Positions 29,544 through 39,363 of a stretch of 64,000 bases of DNA are shown piece after piece. The stretch comes from Vampirovibrionaceae bacterium NZW_1234 (GTDB taxonomy: Bacteria; Cyanobacteriota; Vampirovibrionia; Vampirovibrionales; JAGQHJ01), in NCBI GenBank assembly GCA_041697335.1, contig JBGUGD010000038.1, positions 32,001-96,000 on the forward strand. Reading direction: 5' to 3'. A program made the position numbers and the translations under genes. The notes beneath the pieces are model-generated. The model saw nothing but the letters and a program-made list of their open reading frames with translations, made no database searches and was not told where the DNA came from. Within the stretch, counting starts at the first letter, position 1. Every line of letters begins with the position of its first letter.

Positions 29544-30295
29544 TCAAGCGCCTTGATGTCAAATACGGCTTCCGGCGGCTGCTCCGGCTCCTGCTGAAGG
29601 GTCACTTCCAGGCGAGATGGCTTGGTATCCTGAAACACCTTCCGGAGCGCCTCAAGCGTCCGATCATACAGTGCCTCTAAGCCTTCCGGGGCATCTTCCG
29701 CGTCGTTCACCTCGGCAATCAAGTCATCCTCATCCATCTCAGGGTCCAGATGATGCTCCTTCTGGTAGGCCCTGGCAATGGCCAGCTCTTGTTTCCGGTA
29801 ATCGTCAACCAGGGTTTTGATCTGGGACGCATGATTGCCAAGGGCATCATCGGCAATAAAGACCTGTTCATTATGGACCAACCTCGGATCCGACACCGTT
29901 GCGGGCACTAAATCAGTGCCCGAGGGCTCAAAAATATACATGGCCTCCAGGCTATCCCCATTGATAAAGCGCTTTGTCCTGTCTTTCGGAGGGAGGACGG
30001 TTGCCATACGACAGTAGTCCCTGACCAACAGCGTATCGGGAATCACGGTAAACAGGTCCCGCAACGAATTCCGACGTGCATCTTCACGCAGGTGCGCTTT
30101 CATCAGGATATTAAACGCGCGCCCCACCGGATTGGCATTGGGGGGCTTCACACGTTGCATGCCCCGAACCGTTCCGTTAATCACCAGATCATCCTGAACA
30201 TTGGCCTCGGTCACCAGGTTATGGATTTTATCCTCATACCGAACCCGGTTTACATAATAGATGCCCGAAAAACGGGGTAACTGTGTCTTTATCAT
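29540..30295 (-). CDS. Hypothetical protein, tandem paralogue 3 (RFSG leader)
   Basis: Shares RFxGIY, VRD[YF]C, FI.DD..G.HA and PEQPPEA with two neighbours. Confidence 0.8.
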   Translation of the reverse strand: MIKTQLPRFSGIYYVNRVRYEDKIHNLVTEANVQDDLVINGTVRGMQRVKPPNANPVGRAFNILMKAHLREDARRNSLRDLFTVIPDTLLVRDYCRMATVLPPKDRTKRFINGDSLEAMYIFEPSGTDLVPATVSDPRLVHNEQVFIADDALGNHASQIKTLVDDYRKQELAIARAYQKEHHLDPEMDEDDLIAEVNDAEDAPEGLEALYDRTLEALRKVFQDTKPSRLEVTLQQEPEQPPEAVFDIKALD

Positions 30296-30351
30296 GGGTG
30301 GAAGCTCCTATGACTCTCAAATGACGGATAACGACCTAAAATAACCACATC

Positions 30352-31113
30352 TTAATCCCGTGTGTGCGGGGTAATCCGGTAGCTGGCTTCCGGCGGCTGC
30401 TCCGGCACCTGACTGACGGTCACATGCATGGTCGCCGACACACTGTCTTGGTAAAGCGCTTTCATCTTTTCCTGGATGACTTCATGCACCAGGGCCGATT
30501 CTCCGGCGAAATCGTCATCTTCGTACAACTCGTCCAACAGCTCATCCAAAGGAATCGCCGGATCCAACTTCCGCTTTTTCCGATACGCGTCTGCCAGCAC
30601 GGCCTCCTGTTCCCGAAACTCTTCCACCAGGGCCGTCATGCGGGTGGCATGGTCCCCCTGTTCATCATCGGTAATGAAGATGTTTTCATCAAAGTAGTGC
30701 TTGGAATGAAAGCGCCCTTTGGGCAAAAGTTCCAAGCCTTTCGGGCTGAAGGAATGCAGGGAATCCATGGCATTTCCTTTGATATAGGTTTTCCGAGGGG
30801 GGTCCTGATTCAACTTCGGCGCCAGCTTACAAAAATCCCGAACCCGCATGACCTCCGGCATCGCCCCAAACATGGCTTGTATCAGATTAAACGACTTATC
30901 CACGATGAGCTGTTCTCTCATCCGATGATGAAACAGCTCACCCACGGGATGCCCCCCTTCAGGGGGGCGTATCTTGAGCATACTGCTCAGCGTACTTTCA
31001 ATAACAGCGTCATCCTGCGACGTATAGGTTTCCTGCACCCGGTGAACCTTGTCGTCGGTAACGACTTTCTGGACCACATAGATCCCGGCAAATCGAAGGG
31101 AAGCAATATTCAT
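30352..31113 (-). CDS. Hypothetical protein, tandem paralogue 2 (RFAG leader)
   Basis: Same shared motifs as neighbours; aaggag RBS. Confidence 0.8.
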   Translation of the reverse strand: MNIASLRFAGIYVVQKVVTDDKVHRVQETYTSQDDAVIESTLSSMLKIRPPEGGHPVGELFHHRMREQLIVDKSFNLIQAMFGAMPEVMRVRDFCKLAPKLNQDPPRKTYIKGNAMDSLHSFSPKGLELLPKGRFHSKHYFDENIFITDDEQGDHATRMTALVEEFREQEAVLADAYRKKRKLDPAIPLDELLDELYEDDDFAGESALVHEVIQEKMKALYQDSVSATMHVTVSQVPEQPPEASYRITPHTRD

Positions 31114-31195
31114 AAGAGTGGAAGCTCCTTAGACAAACAAATGACACACGCTTAAAGATCTGGAAAAGACGTTTCTCCAAAGCCAGGGGATGGCC

Positions 31196-31960
31196 TTACG
31201 CAAGCACCTCCAGTCGATAGGTGGCTTCAGGCGGTTGCTCTGGAGTTTGCTTGACCGTAATGTGGAGTTCTGCCGGTTGAGCCGACTTGAATAACGTTTT
31301 AAGCTTGTCGACGGTCTGCTTGAAAGCCAGTCCAACGTCATTGGTGAAGTCTTCATTGCTTTCATACAGTTCATCGACCAGCTCCGCTAACTTCAAGTCC
31401 GAAGGCAGGCTTAGGCGTTGCCGATAGGTTTCGGCCACATCGGCTTCGTGCTTTCGAAACTCCGAAACCATTGCCTTGACTTGAGTCGCATGGTTGCCTC
31501 TTTCATCATCCGCCAGAAAGACCTGCTCATCGAAGTAGTGCCGGGGATTGAACTGCGATTCGGGAAGCAGACGATACCCCAACGGGCTGAAAGGCCCCAT
31601 GACCTTTTGCTGGTTGGCCGTCACATAGCGAACCCCAGGTTCTTCGGCTTTTAATGCCCGAGTGGAGCGACAGAAGTCACGAACCATCATTGTTTCAGGC
31701 TCTACCCCCAAAGCGTTACGCATAAAGTTTTGGGATTTCTCCGCTTCCAGCTGCTCGCGCATAACCGCGGCAAACTCTTGTCCCATAGTGCTCGACATCG
31801 AAGGCTGAATGGTCAGCAGATCGTGCATGGTGGCCAGAGCCAGCGCATCTTCTTGTGCGGTAAAGGTTTCTTCTGTTTTGTGGATCGTATCTTTGGCAAC
31901 GACTTTCTGGACCACGTAGATGCCGGAAAACCGAAGGGGAGCCAGGGGCAACGTCATCAT
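31196..31960 (-). CDS. Hypothetical protein, tandem paralogue 1 (RFSG leader)
   Basis: Same shared motifs as neighbours; aaggag RBS before ATG 31960. Confidence 0.8.
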   Translation of the reverse strand: MMTLPLAPLRFSGIYVVQKVVAKDTIHKTEETFTAQEDALALATMHDLLTIQPSMSSTMGQEFAAVMREQLEAEKSQNFMRNALGVEPETMMVRDFCRSTRALKAEEPGVRYVTANQQKVMGPFSPLGYRLLPESQFNPRHYFDEQVFLADDERGNHATQVKAMVSEFRKHEADVAETYRQRLSLPSDLKLAELVDELYESNEDFTNDVGLAFKQTVDKLKTLFKSAQPAELHITVKQTPEQPPEATYRLEVLA

Positions 31961-32116
31961 CTTCTCCTTAAGCAAATCAACTCTCGGATACCGAGCCGCT
32001 ATAAAACAGCGTCAGGCAAAACCGGGTGGGATGCCTCAATAAACCCCATCAATCATGAAAATTGCCTCAGCAATCCAAAGGATGACTGTTGGCATGCCCA
32101 ATCGACTGAATACAGG

Positions 32117-32650
32117 CTACAGTGGTTTAAAGTCCGGGATGGCGCTATCTTTGGCCGAGATTTGGCTCAGCGGCAACGGCCAGGAAATGGCGAAATACGG
32201 ATCGTCCCAGCGGACACCCCGCTCCGCACTGGGGGTATAGGACGTGGAGACCGGATAAAAGACCTCGGTATGGTCTTCCTGGGTCTGAAACCCATGGGCA
32301 CAGCCGGGCGGCACATAGAAGGACTGCCGGTTTTCGGCGGTCAACAGGACGCCGGTCCATTGCAGATAGGTGGGCGAATCCGGTCGCAGATCGACAATCA
32401 CATCGTAAATGGCGCCTCGGATGCAGCGCATCAGCTTGGCTTCCTGATGCGGGGCAATCTGGTAATGCAGTCCCCGAATGGTCCCTTTCTCCCGGCTATA
32501 AGAGAGGTTACACTGGGCAATGTCCGAGACCAGACCATGCTGGGCAAACTCCTCCCGGCACCAGGCACGCCCGAAGAAGCCGCGCTCATCGCCGAAGGTT
32601 TCTAAATCAATGATGTAGGCCCCATGAATCGGGGTGGGGGTAAATTTCAT
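32117..32650 (-). CDS. rfbC: dTDP-4-dehydrorhamnose 3,5-epimerase family
   Basis: DERGFF, GTIRGLHYQ, DVIVDLRPDSPT, YVP.GCAHGFQT, S.KD. Confidence 0.9.
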   Translation of the reverse strand: MKFTPTPIHGAYIIDLETFGDERGFFGRAWCREEFAQHGLVSDIAQCNLSYSREKGTIRGLHYQIAPHQEAKLMRCIRGAIYDVIVDLRPDSPTYLQWTGVLLTAENRQSFYVPPGCAHGFQTQEDHTEVFYPVSTSYTPSAERGVRWDDPYFAISWPLPLSQISAKDSAIPDFKPL

Positions 32651-32708
32651 CGGCGGCGGTTTCCTTGCACATCTCTGGGAAAATCGGGTCTGACAAACAC
32701 GGTACGGC

Positions 32709-33821
32709 CTAAAGGGAAGATTGCAACCACTGGTCCAGAAACAGAGTCAGGCTCTGGAAGTCGTCCCGTTGTTTCATGCGCCGGTGCACCCACTGGCCAA
32801 ACCGTTTATCGCGCTGGGGCAGGGCGTACTGGTGGTAGGTGATGCGCTCTTTCAGGGTTTGGGCCAAATCCACCACACTGTCCCACAGAACTGCCGGGAT
32901 GGACTTCAGCCGAGTCGGAGGGCCCTGCTGCTGACCAATGCGAAGCCCTTGCACCAGGAATCGTTTGGGGAACAGATACATCCGCCCCAAAAAAGCACTG
33001 AAGGCATAATCCACCAAACGATCGGCTTCATCCGGAGGCACTTCGGGCTGTACCCGCTTGGCATGCTTGACGACACAGGCCTTAAAGCGATTGTACTGCT
33101 CCACAAAGGCGGGTTTATAGATCTCCCGGTCGAAGACGACTTTCTGATGCACGGCCTGCTGATCCTGGCGGCCCATATAGAAGGTGTCCACCACTTTGAC
33201 CTTGCCGTACAGGCAGGCCATGGCGTTCATCAGAAACTCCATAAAGACAAAGTAATCCGGGTGAACCGTCTCCACCACCTCCTGCATCACCCAGGCCAGA
33301 TGCTCGGTGCGGTAGACGGCATAGGTCAGATCGGAATAGTTGTAGAAGAAGCGAATCACCCGCGTCAGCGGCTCCTCGTCTTGCGTGGACGAAAGCCAGG
33401 GGTAAAGATGTTGCGTCAACTGGTAACGGCGGTTTTCCGGGTTGATTAGGACAAAGATATCGTGGCCGTGAGCCGCGGTATGGTCCGGATGCGTGCGTAA
33501 AAAGGCCACAGAGGCCTGAAGCCCTGCCGGGTTCAGAAAATCATCATCAGGAACAAAGGCCGCATAGGGGGTCGTCACCGAGCGAAGCCCCTCCTGCCAG
33601 CGAAGATACTGGGGAAAGTCCGGCGCAAAGCCTTGGTACTGGACTCCTGCAGCCTGACATAAACGCTTGTTCTCCTGGGCAATCTCCGGGTTCGAGCCGT
33701 CCAGAACGATCACCGTCAGTTCCGTCAAGTCATAGGCCTGTGAAAAATAGGTCAGCGTGCGTCTCAAATCCTCAGGACGCTGATAGGTGGGAATAAGCAG
33801 GGTCAGATCCGATAAGGTCAC
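32709..33821 (-). CDS. GT2-like glycosyltransferase (TIGR00180-like)
   Basis: LLIPTYQRP..L.R.L.Y, IVLDGS, PDDDF, YAVYR. Confidence 0.8.
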   Translation of the reverse strand: MTLSDLTLLIPTYQRPEDLRRTLTYFSQAYDLTELTVIVLDGSNPEIAQENKRLCQAAGVQYQGFAPDFPQYLRWQEGLRSVTTPYAAFVPDDDFLNPAGLQASVAFLRTHPDHTAAHGHDIFVLINPENRRYQLTQHLYPWLSSTQDEEPLTRVIRFFYNYSDLTYAVYRTEHLAWVMQEVVETVHPDYFVFMEFLMNAMACLYGKVKVVDTFYMGRQDQQAVHQKVVFDREIYKPAFVEQYNRFKACVVKHAKRVQPEVPPDEADRLVDYAFSAFLGRMYLFPKRFLVQGLRIGQQQGPPTRLKSIPAVLWDSVVDLAQTLKERITYHQYALPQRDKRFGQWVHRRMKQRDDFQSLTLFLDQWLQSSL

Positions 33822-34409
33822 GAACTTCCGCCAATGGGTCTCACTAAGACAGGGGCTGGTTTTATTATACCAGTGGACATTGCATTACCGTCGCCCAAGG
33901 CTTGGCTGACACAAAGGCGATTCCGCACGGGGGCACCAGGGCACGCATGGCGCGGGAGCCCACCTGGGGCAATCCCGTCTAAAATACCACGTCAAAGCCC
34001 AGAGGGCCTTTACCGGATCTGCGGGCCGAGCCCGATGCCACAACGGCCCCATCACACTTTGTAATAGTAGAAACCCGGAACAAGCGGGCGTCGGAATCCC
34101 CTCAAAAAAATTCCTCTATTCATGGGATTAAGGATATATCAAATGTGTCGAATAATGATAACAGTTGGGATAGGAACATTGCGATCAGGCCAGAATCCTG
34201 GCATGATGTTTATCAATGTGGGTCGCGCTTGACGGTGCCAAATCACATTTATGTATCAGGCGGGACTTTCGAGCAGGTGATGAGGGCAACCCCCACGCCC
34301 GGGCTCTATTCCTTTCCTGTAACCCGCCCTGAGAGCTTGAATCCTGGTCTTTTGACCATCCGAAGGGCATCTTCCCGATGAACCCCAGCGAGCGAAAGGA
34401 ACGCGTCTG

Positions 34410-35510
34410 TTGAAAATTCTGGTCACAGGAACAGAAGGCTATATTGGCTCTGTGTTGGTGCCGCTTCTGGTGGCGCATGGACACGAGGTGGTTGGTGTGG
34501 ATACGGGCTACTACAAGGCCGGATGGCTGTATGAAGATGCCACGGCCCCCCATTATCGCCTGCTGAACAAAGATATTCGCGACATCACCCTGAACGACCT
34601 GGACGGCTGCGACGCCGTGGTTCATATGGCGGAATTGGCCAATGATCCGGCGGGCGAGCTTTGCCCGGACGTGACCTATGCCATCAACTACCATGGGTCC
34701 CTACACCTGGCACGGCTGGCCAAGCAAGCCGGCGTGTCCCGATTTGTCTACACCTCCTCGTGCAGTGTCTACGGGGTGGAAACAGATGCCATGGTTACGG
34801 AAACCTCGGATTTGAATCCCGTCAGCGTCTATGCCCAGTGTAAGGTGCTGGTGGAACAGAATGTCATGCCGATGGCCACAGAGTCTTTCTCACCGGTCTT
34901 TCTGCGAAACGCCACGGTCTTTGGCTTGTCCCCCCGAATGCGCTTTGATCTGGTCCTGAACAACCTGTCGGGTCTCGCATGGACCTTGGGTGAAATCAAC
35001 ATGATTAGCGACGGCACCCCGTGGCGCCCCCTGGTGCATGTTCAGGATGTCTGCCAGGCTGTTCTATGTGCCCTTCAGGCCCCCCGGGACATTGTCCATA
35101 ATCAGATTTTTAACGTCGGTGATACCCGAAACAATTTCCAGGTCCGCGATATTGCCGAAATCGTGGCGGAGGTCTTCCCGCACTGCCAGATTCGCTTTGG
35201 CGATCGGGGCAACGATGCGCGCAGCTACCGGGTGGACTTCAGCAAGATTCACGACCAGTTGCCGGGCTTTTCCTGCCAGTGGACCGTGAAAGCCGGGGCC
35301 GAGCAGCTGAAAGAGATGTTCCAAAAGCTGGATATGACCTACGAACAGTTTATGTTCCGGGGCTTTACGCGCATGCGCCAACTGGAATACCTGTTGTCGA
35401 CCCAGCAGATTGATGATTACTTCTTCTGGGCGCGTCCATCCACCCTGGTGCACCAGTTGCCCACACCGCTGTATCCGGCTGACGCCAGCCTGGTAAGCCG
35501 TGCCGGTTAG
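34410..35510 (+). CDS. NAD-dependent epimerase/dehydratase (extended SDR)
   Basis: TGTEGYIG, SSCSVYG, YAQCK, RMRFDLV, DGTPWRP.VHV.D. Confidence 0.9.
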   Translation: MKILVTGTEGYIGSVLVPLLVAHGHEVVGVDTGYYKAGWLYEDATAPHYRLLNKDIRDITLNDLDGCDAVVHMAELANDPAGELCPDVTYAINYHGSLHLARLAKQAGVSRFVYTSSCSVYGVETDAMVTETSDLNPVSVYAQCKVLVEQNVMPMATESFSPVFLRNATVFGLSPRMRFDLVLNNLSGLAWTLGEINMISDGTPWRPLVHVQDVCQAVLCALQAPRDIVHNQIFNVGDTRNNFQVRDIAEIVAEVFPHCQIRFGDRGNDARSYRVDFSKIHDQLPGFSCQWTVKAGAEQLKEMFQKLDMTYEQFMFRGFTRMRQLEYLLSTQQIDDYFFWARPSTLVHQLPTPLYPADASLVSRAG

Positions 35511-35529
35511 TCAGGGTTTTCAGGGTGCC

Positions 35530-36483
35530 ATGAAGCGGGTTCTGGTGACAGGTGCAACGGGCTTTATCGGCCGCCACTGCCTGCCCTACCTGGTGGCTGC
35601 CGGGTATGAGATTCACGCCTTGACATCGCGTCCTTCATCGGATGCGGATTGGCAAGCCCTGGCTGAGGCCTGGCCCCAGGTGACCTGGCATGCCGTCTCC
35701 ATGTTTGAAACCGAGAAATTGGAACGGCTGGTAGCCGAGGTTCAACCGACCCATCTGCTGCACCTGGCTTGGGAGCTTCCGCCCAAGCTGTCGTGGGATT
35801 CCCCCAAGCACTTCCTATGGATGGAAGCCAGCTTGAAACTCCTCCTGGCCTTCCACCAGCATGGCGGACAGCGGTGTACCTTCAGCGGCACCGGCTTTGA
35901 GTATGACGCCCGCTATGGGTATTGCTCCGAGTCACTGACCCCGAAGGCCTCGACCAACTTGTACGGCACAACCAAGCATTGTCTCCAGTCCATGACCGAG
36001 ATCTACTGCCAGCAACACCAGCTCAGCTACGCCTGGGGACGGGTCTTTTTCCTCTATGGCCCCTATGAGGCCAAGTCCCGTCTGGTGGCCTCTATCATCA
36101 ATGCCTTATTGGATGAGGCACCGGCCCGGTGTTCGCATGGCAACCAGATCCGGGATTATCTTCACGTGGCCGATGCGGCCTCCGCCCTGGTAGCGCTTTT
36201 GGACAGCGACGTGACCGGACCGGTCAACATTGGTTCGGGTACGGCGGTGACGCTGAAGCAAATCATCTATGCCATTGGCGATATTCTGGGCAAATCCCAT
36301 CTCATTGAACTGGGCGCCCTGCCCAGCCCGCCCAATGAACCGGCCTTGCTGGTGGCACAAGTGGAGCGGCTTCAGCGGGAGTTGAAATGGTTGCCCCAAT
36401 ACTCCCTGGACCATGGCCTTCGCGAAACCGTCGCCTGGTGGCAATCCCAGCGCTATTGTCTAAATATGCCAGGCACCGTATGA
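35530..36483 (+). CDS. NAD-dependent epimerase/4-reductase (dideoxyhexose synthase-like)
   Basis: VTGATGFIG, HLAW, GT.FEY, YGTTK, RDYLHV.D. Confidence 0.85.
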   Translation: MKRVLVTGATGFIGRHCLPYLVAAGYEIHALTSRPSSDADWQALAEAWPQVTWHAVSMFETEKLERLVAEVQPTHLLHLAWELPPKLSWDSPKHFLWMEASLKLLLAFHQHGGQRCTFSGTGFEYDARYGYCSESLTPKASTNLYGTTKHCLQSMTEIYCQQHQLSYAWGRVFFLYGPYEAKSRLVASIINALLDEAPARCSHGNQIRDYLHVADAASALVALLDSDVTGPVNIGSGTAVTLKQIIYAIGDILGKSHLIELGALPSPPNEPALLVAQVERLQRELKWLPQYSLDHGLRETVAWWQSQRYCLNMPGTV

Positions 36484-36602
36484 TACTAATATCCCCCGGC
36501 GATGCCGCTGTTCCCGGCCCGAATTTCGGGAGTTCGTCCTTAAGAGAAACGGTCGTTGCTATGCCTCCATCCGTTGCGTTTAAACACAAGATTTGATCCG
36601 CC

Positions 36603-37736
36603 ATGTCGGTTCCATCCCCCGCAGAGCTCACATTACTGATCCCCACTTATAACCGCCCCGCCGATTTGCGGCGGACAATCCGGTACCTGGCCCACGTGTA
36701 TCATCTGGAGTCGTTGCCGGTGATTGTGCTGGACGGCTCGACGGATTCCGAGGCCTTGTACCAGAACAAGCGGCTCTGTGACGAATACGGCGTGCGCTAC
36801 AATGTCTACGATCGCCGAGTCAGCCAATTTGAGCGCTGGCTGGATGGGGCCAGACAGGTCGAAACGGAACTGGTCTGCGTGGTGCCGGATGATGATTTCC
36901 TTTTGCCAGAAGGGCTTGAAAAAGCCGTGGGCTATCTGAAAACCCACCCCGACTACGCCTCGGCCCAGGGCTATTATACCTATCTGCTATTGGAAGAAGG
37001 CCAGTTCTGGTTTGAACCCCATTTCTGGACAACCCGGAAATCCATTGAAGCCGATGACCCGCTGGAACGGCTCATTGATTTTTACAACCATTACTCCGAT
37101 GTTATCTATGCGGTTCACCGTCGGGAGCATTTGCAGTTCTTGCTGGAGCAGACGGTTCAAAACTATTCGGACTCGGAAAGCTTTGTCTTCATGGAGTTTC
37201 TCTTTGGTGCCATGACCGCCCTAAAGGGCAAGGTCAAGGTCCTGGACGTGCCCTACTCCTTACGCCAGCGTGGGCAGGCCAATCACCAGAAGCTCTGCTT
37301 TGATCGCTACATCTACACTGCCGATTTCCTTGAGAAGTACCAAAAATACAAGGCCAGTGTCATTGCCTATGCCCGGGACCGTTATCGAGCCGACCCGGAA
37401 ACCGTGGACGCGGTTGTGGACTACGCCTTCGGCATGCTGCTGAGCATCCTGTTTCTGCACCCCAAGCAGCTAAAAGTACGGGCGCTGCGTCACCTCCGTC
37501 CCGAACCCCCACGCGAGGGCGCTCTTGGCGCGTTCGCCCTGTTGGGCGAAATGATTCAGGACCTGTGGCAGGCGTTTGCCACCCGCCTGGTGTTTTATAT
37601 TTACGTCTTACCCCAAAAGCACCCGGCCTTCCATTGGCTGGCCAATGCCATCTACTCGCAGCACCCGGATTTTATGGATATTCACACGTTTTTACGCCAG
37701 GAAATCAAAGCCGAACAACACGAACCTTCCTACTAG
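36603..37736 (+). CDS. GT2-like glycosyltransferase (TIGR00180-like), paralogue of 32709..33821
   Basis: LTLLIPTYNRP.DLRRT, IVLDGS, VPDDDF, FVFMEFL, GKVKV.D shared. Confidence 0.8.
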   Translation: MSVPSPAELTLLIPTYNRPADLRRTIRYLAHVYHLESLPVIVLDGSTDSEALYQNKRLCDEYGVRYNVYDRRVSQFERWLDGARQVETELVCVVPDDDFLLPEGLEKAVGYLKTHPDYASAQGYYTYLLLEEGQFWFEPHFWTTRKSIEADDPLERLIDFYNHYSDVIYAVHRREHLQFLLEQTVQNYSDSESFVFMEFLFGAMTALKGKVKVLDVPYSLRQRGQANHQKLCFDRYIYTADFLEKYQKYKASVIAYARDRYRADPETVDAVVDYAFGMLLSILFLHPKQLKVRALRHLRPEPPREGALGAFALLGEMIQDLWQAFATRLVFYIYVLPQKHPAFHWLANAIYSQHPDFMDIHTFLRQEIKAEQHEPSY

Positions 37737-37737
37737 C

Positions 37738-38853
37738 CTAGACGTTCAGCGGTCGTTGGGAGAACCGGGCAATGGCCTCGGCAACCTGGTCCACGGCTTC
37801 GGCAGGCAGGTGGGGCCCCATGGGCAGGCTTAGAATTTCCCGGGACAGGTTTTCGGCCACAGGGTAGGATTGATGGCCATGACTGGCCCGGTAGGCTCCC
37901 TGGCGGTGGGGGGGCGTCGGGTAGTGGATGAGGGTCTGAATGCCCTGTTGTGTTAAATAGGCTTGGAGCGCCTCGCGATCGGCGGAGCGAATGACAAACA
38001 GATGCCACACGGACTCGACTTCCGGAAGAATGTGCGGGACCTGAATATCCGGCACGCTGGATAAACGCTGGATGTACTGCTCGGCAACCGACCTGCGATG
38101 CCGGTTCCAGTCATCCAGAACCCCCAGCCGCACGCGTAAGAACGCGGCCTGAAGTTCGTCCAGGCGCGAGTTTACCGCAGCCACATCGTGAACGTATTTC
38201 TGGGTTGAGCCGTAGTTGCGAAGCTTCCGGATTTTTTCAGCCAATGCGGCATCCTGGGTCACGACAGCCCCGCCATCGCCCAAGGCCCCGAGATTTTTGC
38301 CGGGATAAAAACTAAAGCCGGCGGCAATACCAAAGGTCCCGACAGGTCGACCCTGATACCGAGCCCCATGGGCTTGTGCCGCATCTTCAATGACAGCAAG
38401 ATTATGCTCTTGGGCAAAGGCCAGAATGGGCACCATATCCGCAGGCTGACCATAGAGATGCACCGGCATAATGGCCCGGGTTCGGGGGGTCAATGCCGCC
38501 TCCAGACGAGCCGGATCCAGATTATGGGTACCAGGATCGGGTTCGACGCCCACCGGGGTTGCTCCGGTTTGGGATACGGCCAGCCAGGTTGCGATAAACG
38601 TATTGGTAGGCACCAAAACTTCATCGCCTGGGCCAATCTCCAGGGCACGCAGTATTAGATACAGGGCATCCAATCCGTTACCCACGCCAATGCAATGCGA
38701 GGCCCGGCAGTAAGCGGCAAATTCCGATTCAAAAGCCTCCAGTTCCGGCCCCAGGATAAAACAGCCGGAATCCATGACCCGGTGATAAGCGGCATCCAGT
38801 TGGGGCCGCAAGGCATCGCAGCCGGTTTTCAAATCGAGAAAAGGAATGGTCAT
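37738..38853 (-). CDS. DegT/DnrJ/EryC1/StrS sugar aminotransferase (FdtB/QdtB-like)
   Basis: [58 protein letters not shown]-coupled to the upstream isomerase. Confidence 0.92.
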   Translation of the reverse strand: MTIPFLDLKTGCDALRPQLDAAYHRVMDSGCFILGPELEAFESEFAAYCRASHCIGVGNGLDALYLILRALEIGPGDEVLVPTNTFIATWLAVSQTGATPVGVEPDPGTHNLDPARLEAALTPRTRAIMPVHLYGQPADMVPILAFAQEHNLAVIEDAAQAHGARYQGRPVGTFGIAAGFSFYPGKNLGALGDGGAVVTQDAALAEKIRKLRNYGSTQKYVHDVAAVNSRLDELQAAFLRVRLGVLDDWNRHRRSVAEQYIQRLSSVPDIQVPHILPEVESVWHLFVIRSADREALQAYLTQQGIQTLIHYPTPPHRQGAYRASHGHQSYPVAENLSREILSLPMGPHLPAEAVDQVAEAIARFSQRPLNV

Positions 38854-39269
38854 GCTTGGGGTTCCCGATTGCGGACACTTTCGAGAAACTCGGAATAGCA
38901 CCGGTAGTAATCGGCTTCGTCATAATACATAGAGGCCAGGGCCATACAGACCGATCCGGAGGAGAAGTTGTCAATCTCCCGCCAGACGCCAGGGGAAATA
39001 TAGAGGCCAAAATAAGATCGGTTCAAATGATAACGTTGCTTGTGGTGTCCATCGTCCAGCAAGACATCGAAGCTGCCGGACATGGCAATGAGAACCTGCT
39101 GCAATTCCTTGTGGGCGTGTCCCGCCCGGTGAGCCCCTCCGGGAACGTCGTACATATAATAGACCCGCTTGATGTCAAAAGGCACATGGCGCTCGGCCTC
39201 GATAAAGGTCAAATTGCCACGGGGGTCGTGGATGATGGGAAAATCAATGAGTTTACAACGGTCCAGCAT
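38850..39269 (-). CDS. FdtA/QdtA/WxcM-like sugar 3,4-ketoisomerase (cupin)
   Basis: [38 protein letters not shown]. Confidence 0.9.
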   Translation of the reverse strand: MLDRCKLIDFPIIHDPRGNLTFIEAERHVPFDIKRVYYMYDVPGGAHRAGHAHKELQQVLIAMSGSFDVLLDDGHHKQRYHLNRSYFGLYISPGVWREIDNFSSGSVCMALASMYYDEADYYRCYSEFLESVRNREPQA

Positions 39270-39363
39270 CGGGAATCAGCAGTCTCATGAAGGGAATGTT
39301 ACTTCAGTGTATCTTATTTGCGTTGGGTTTGGCTCCTCGTAACAGTGGAGACCGGGGTAGATG

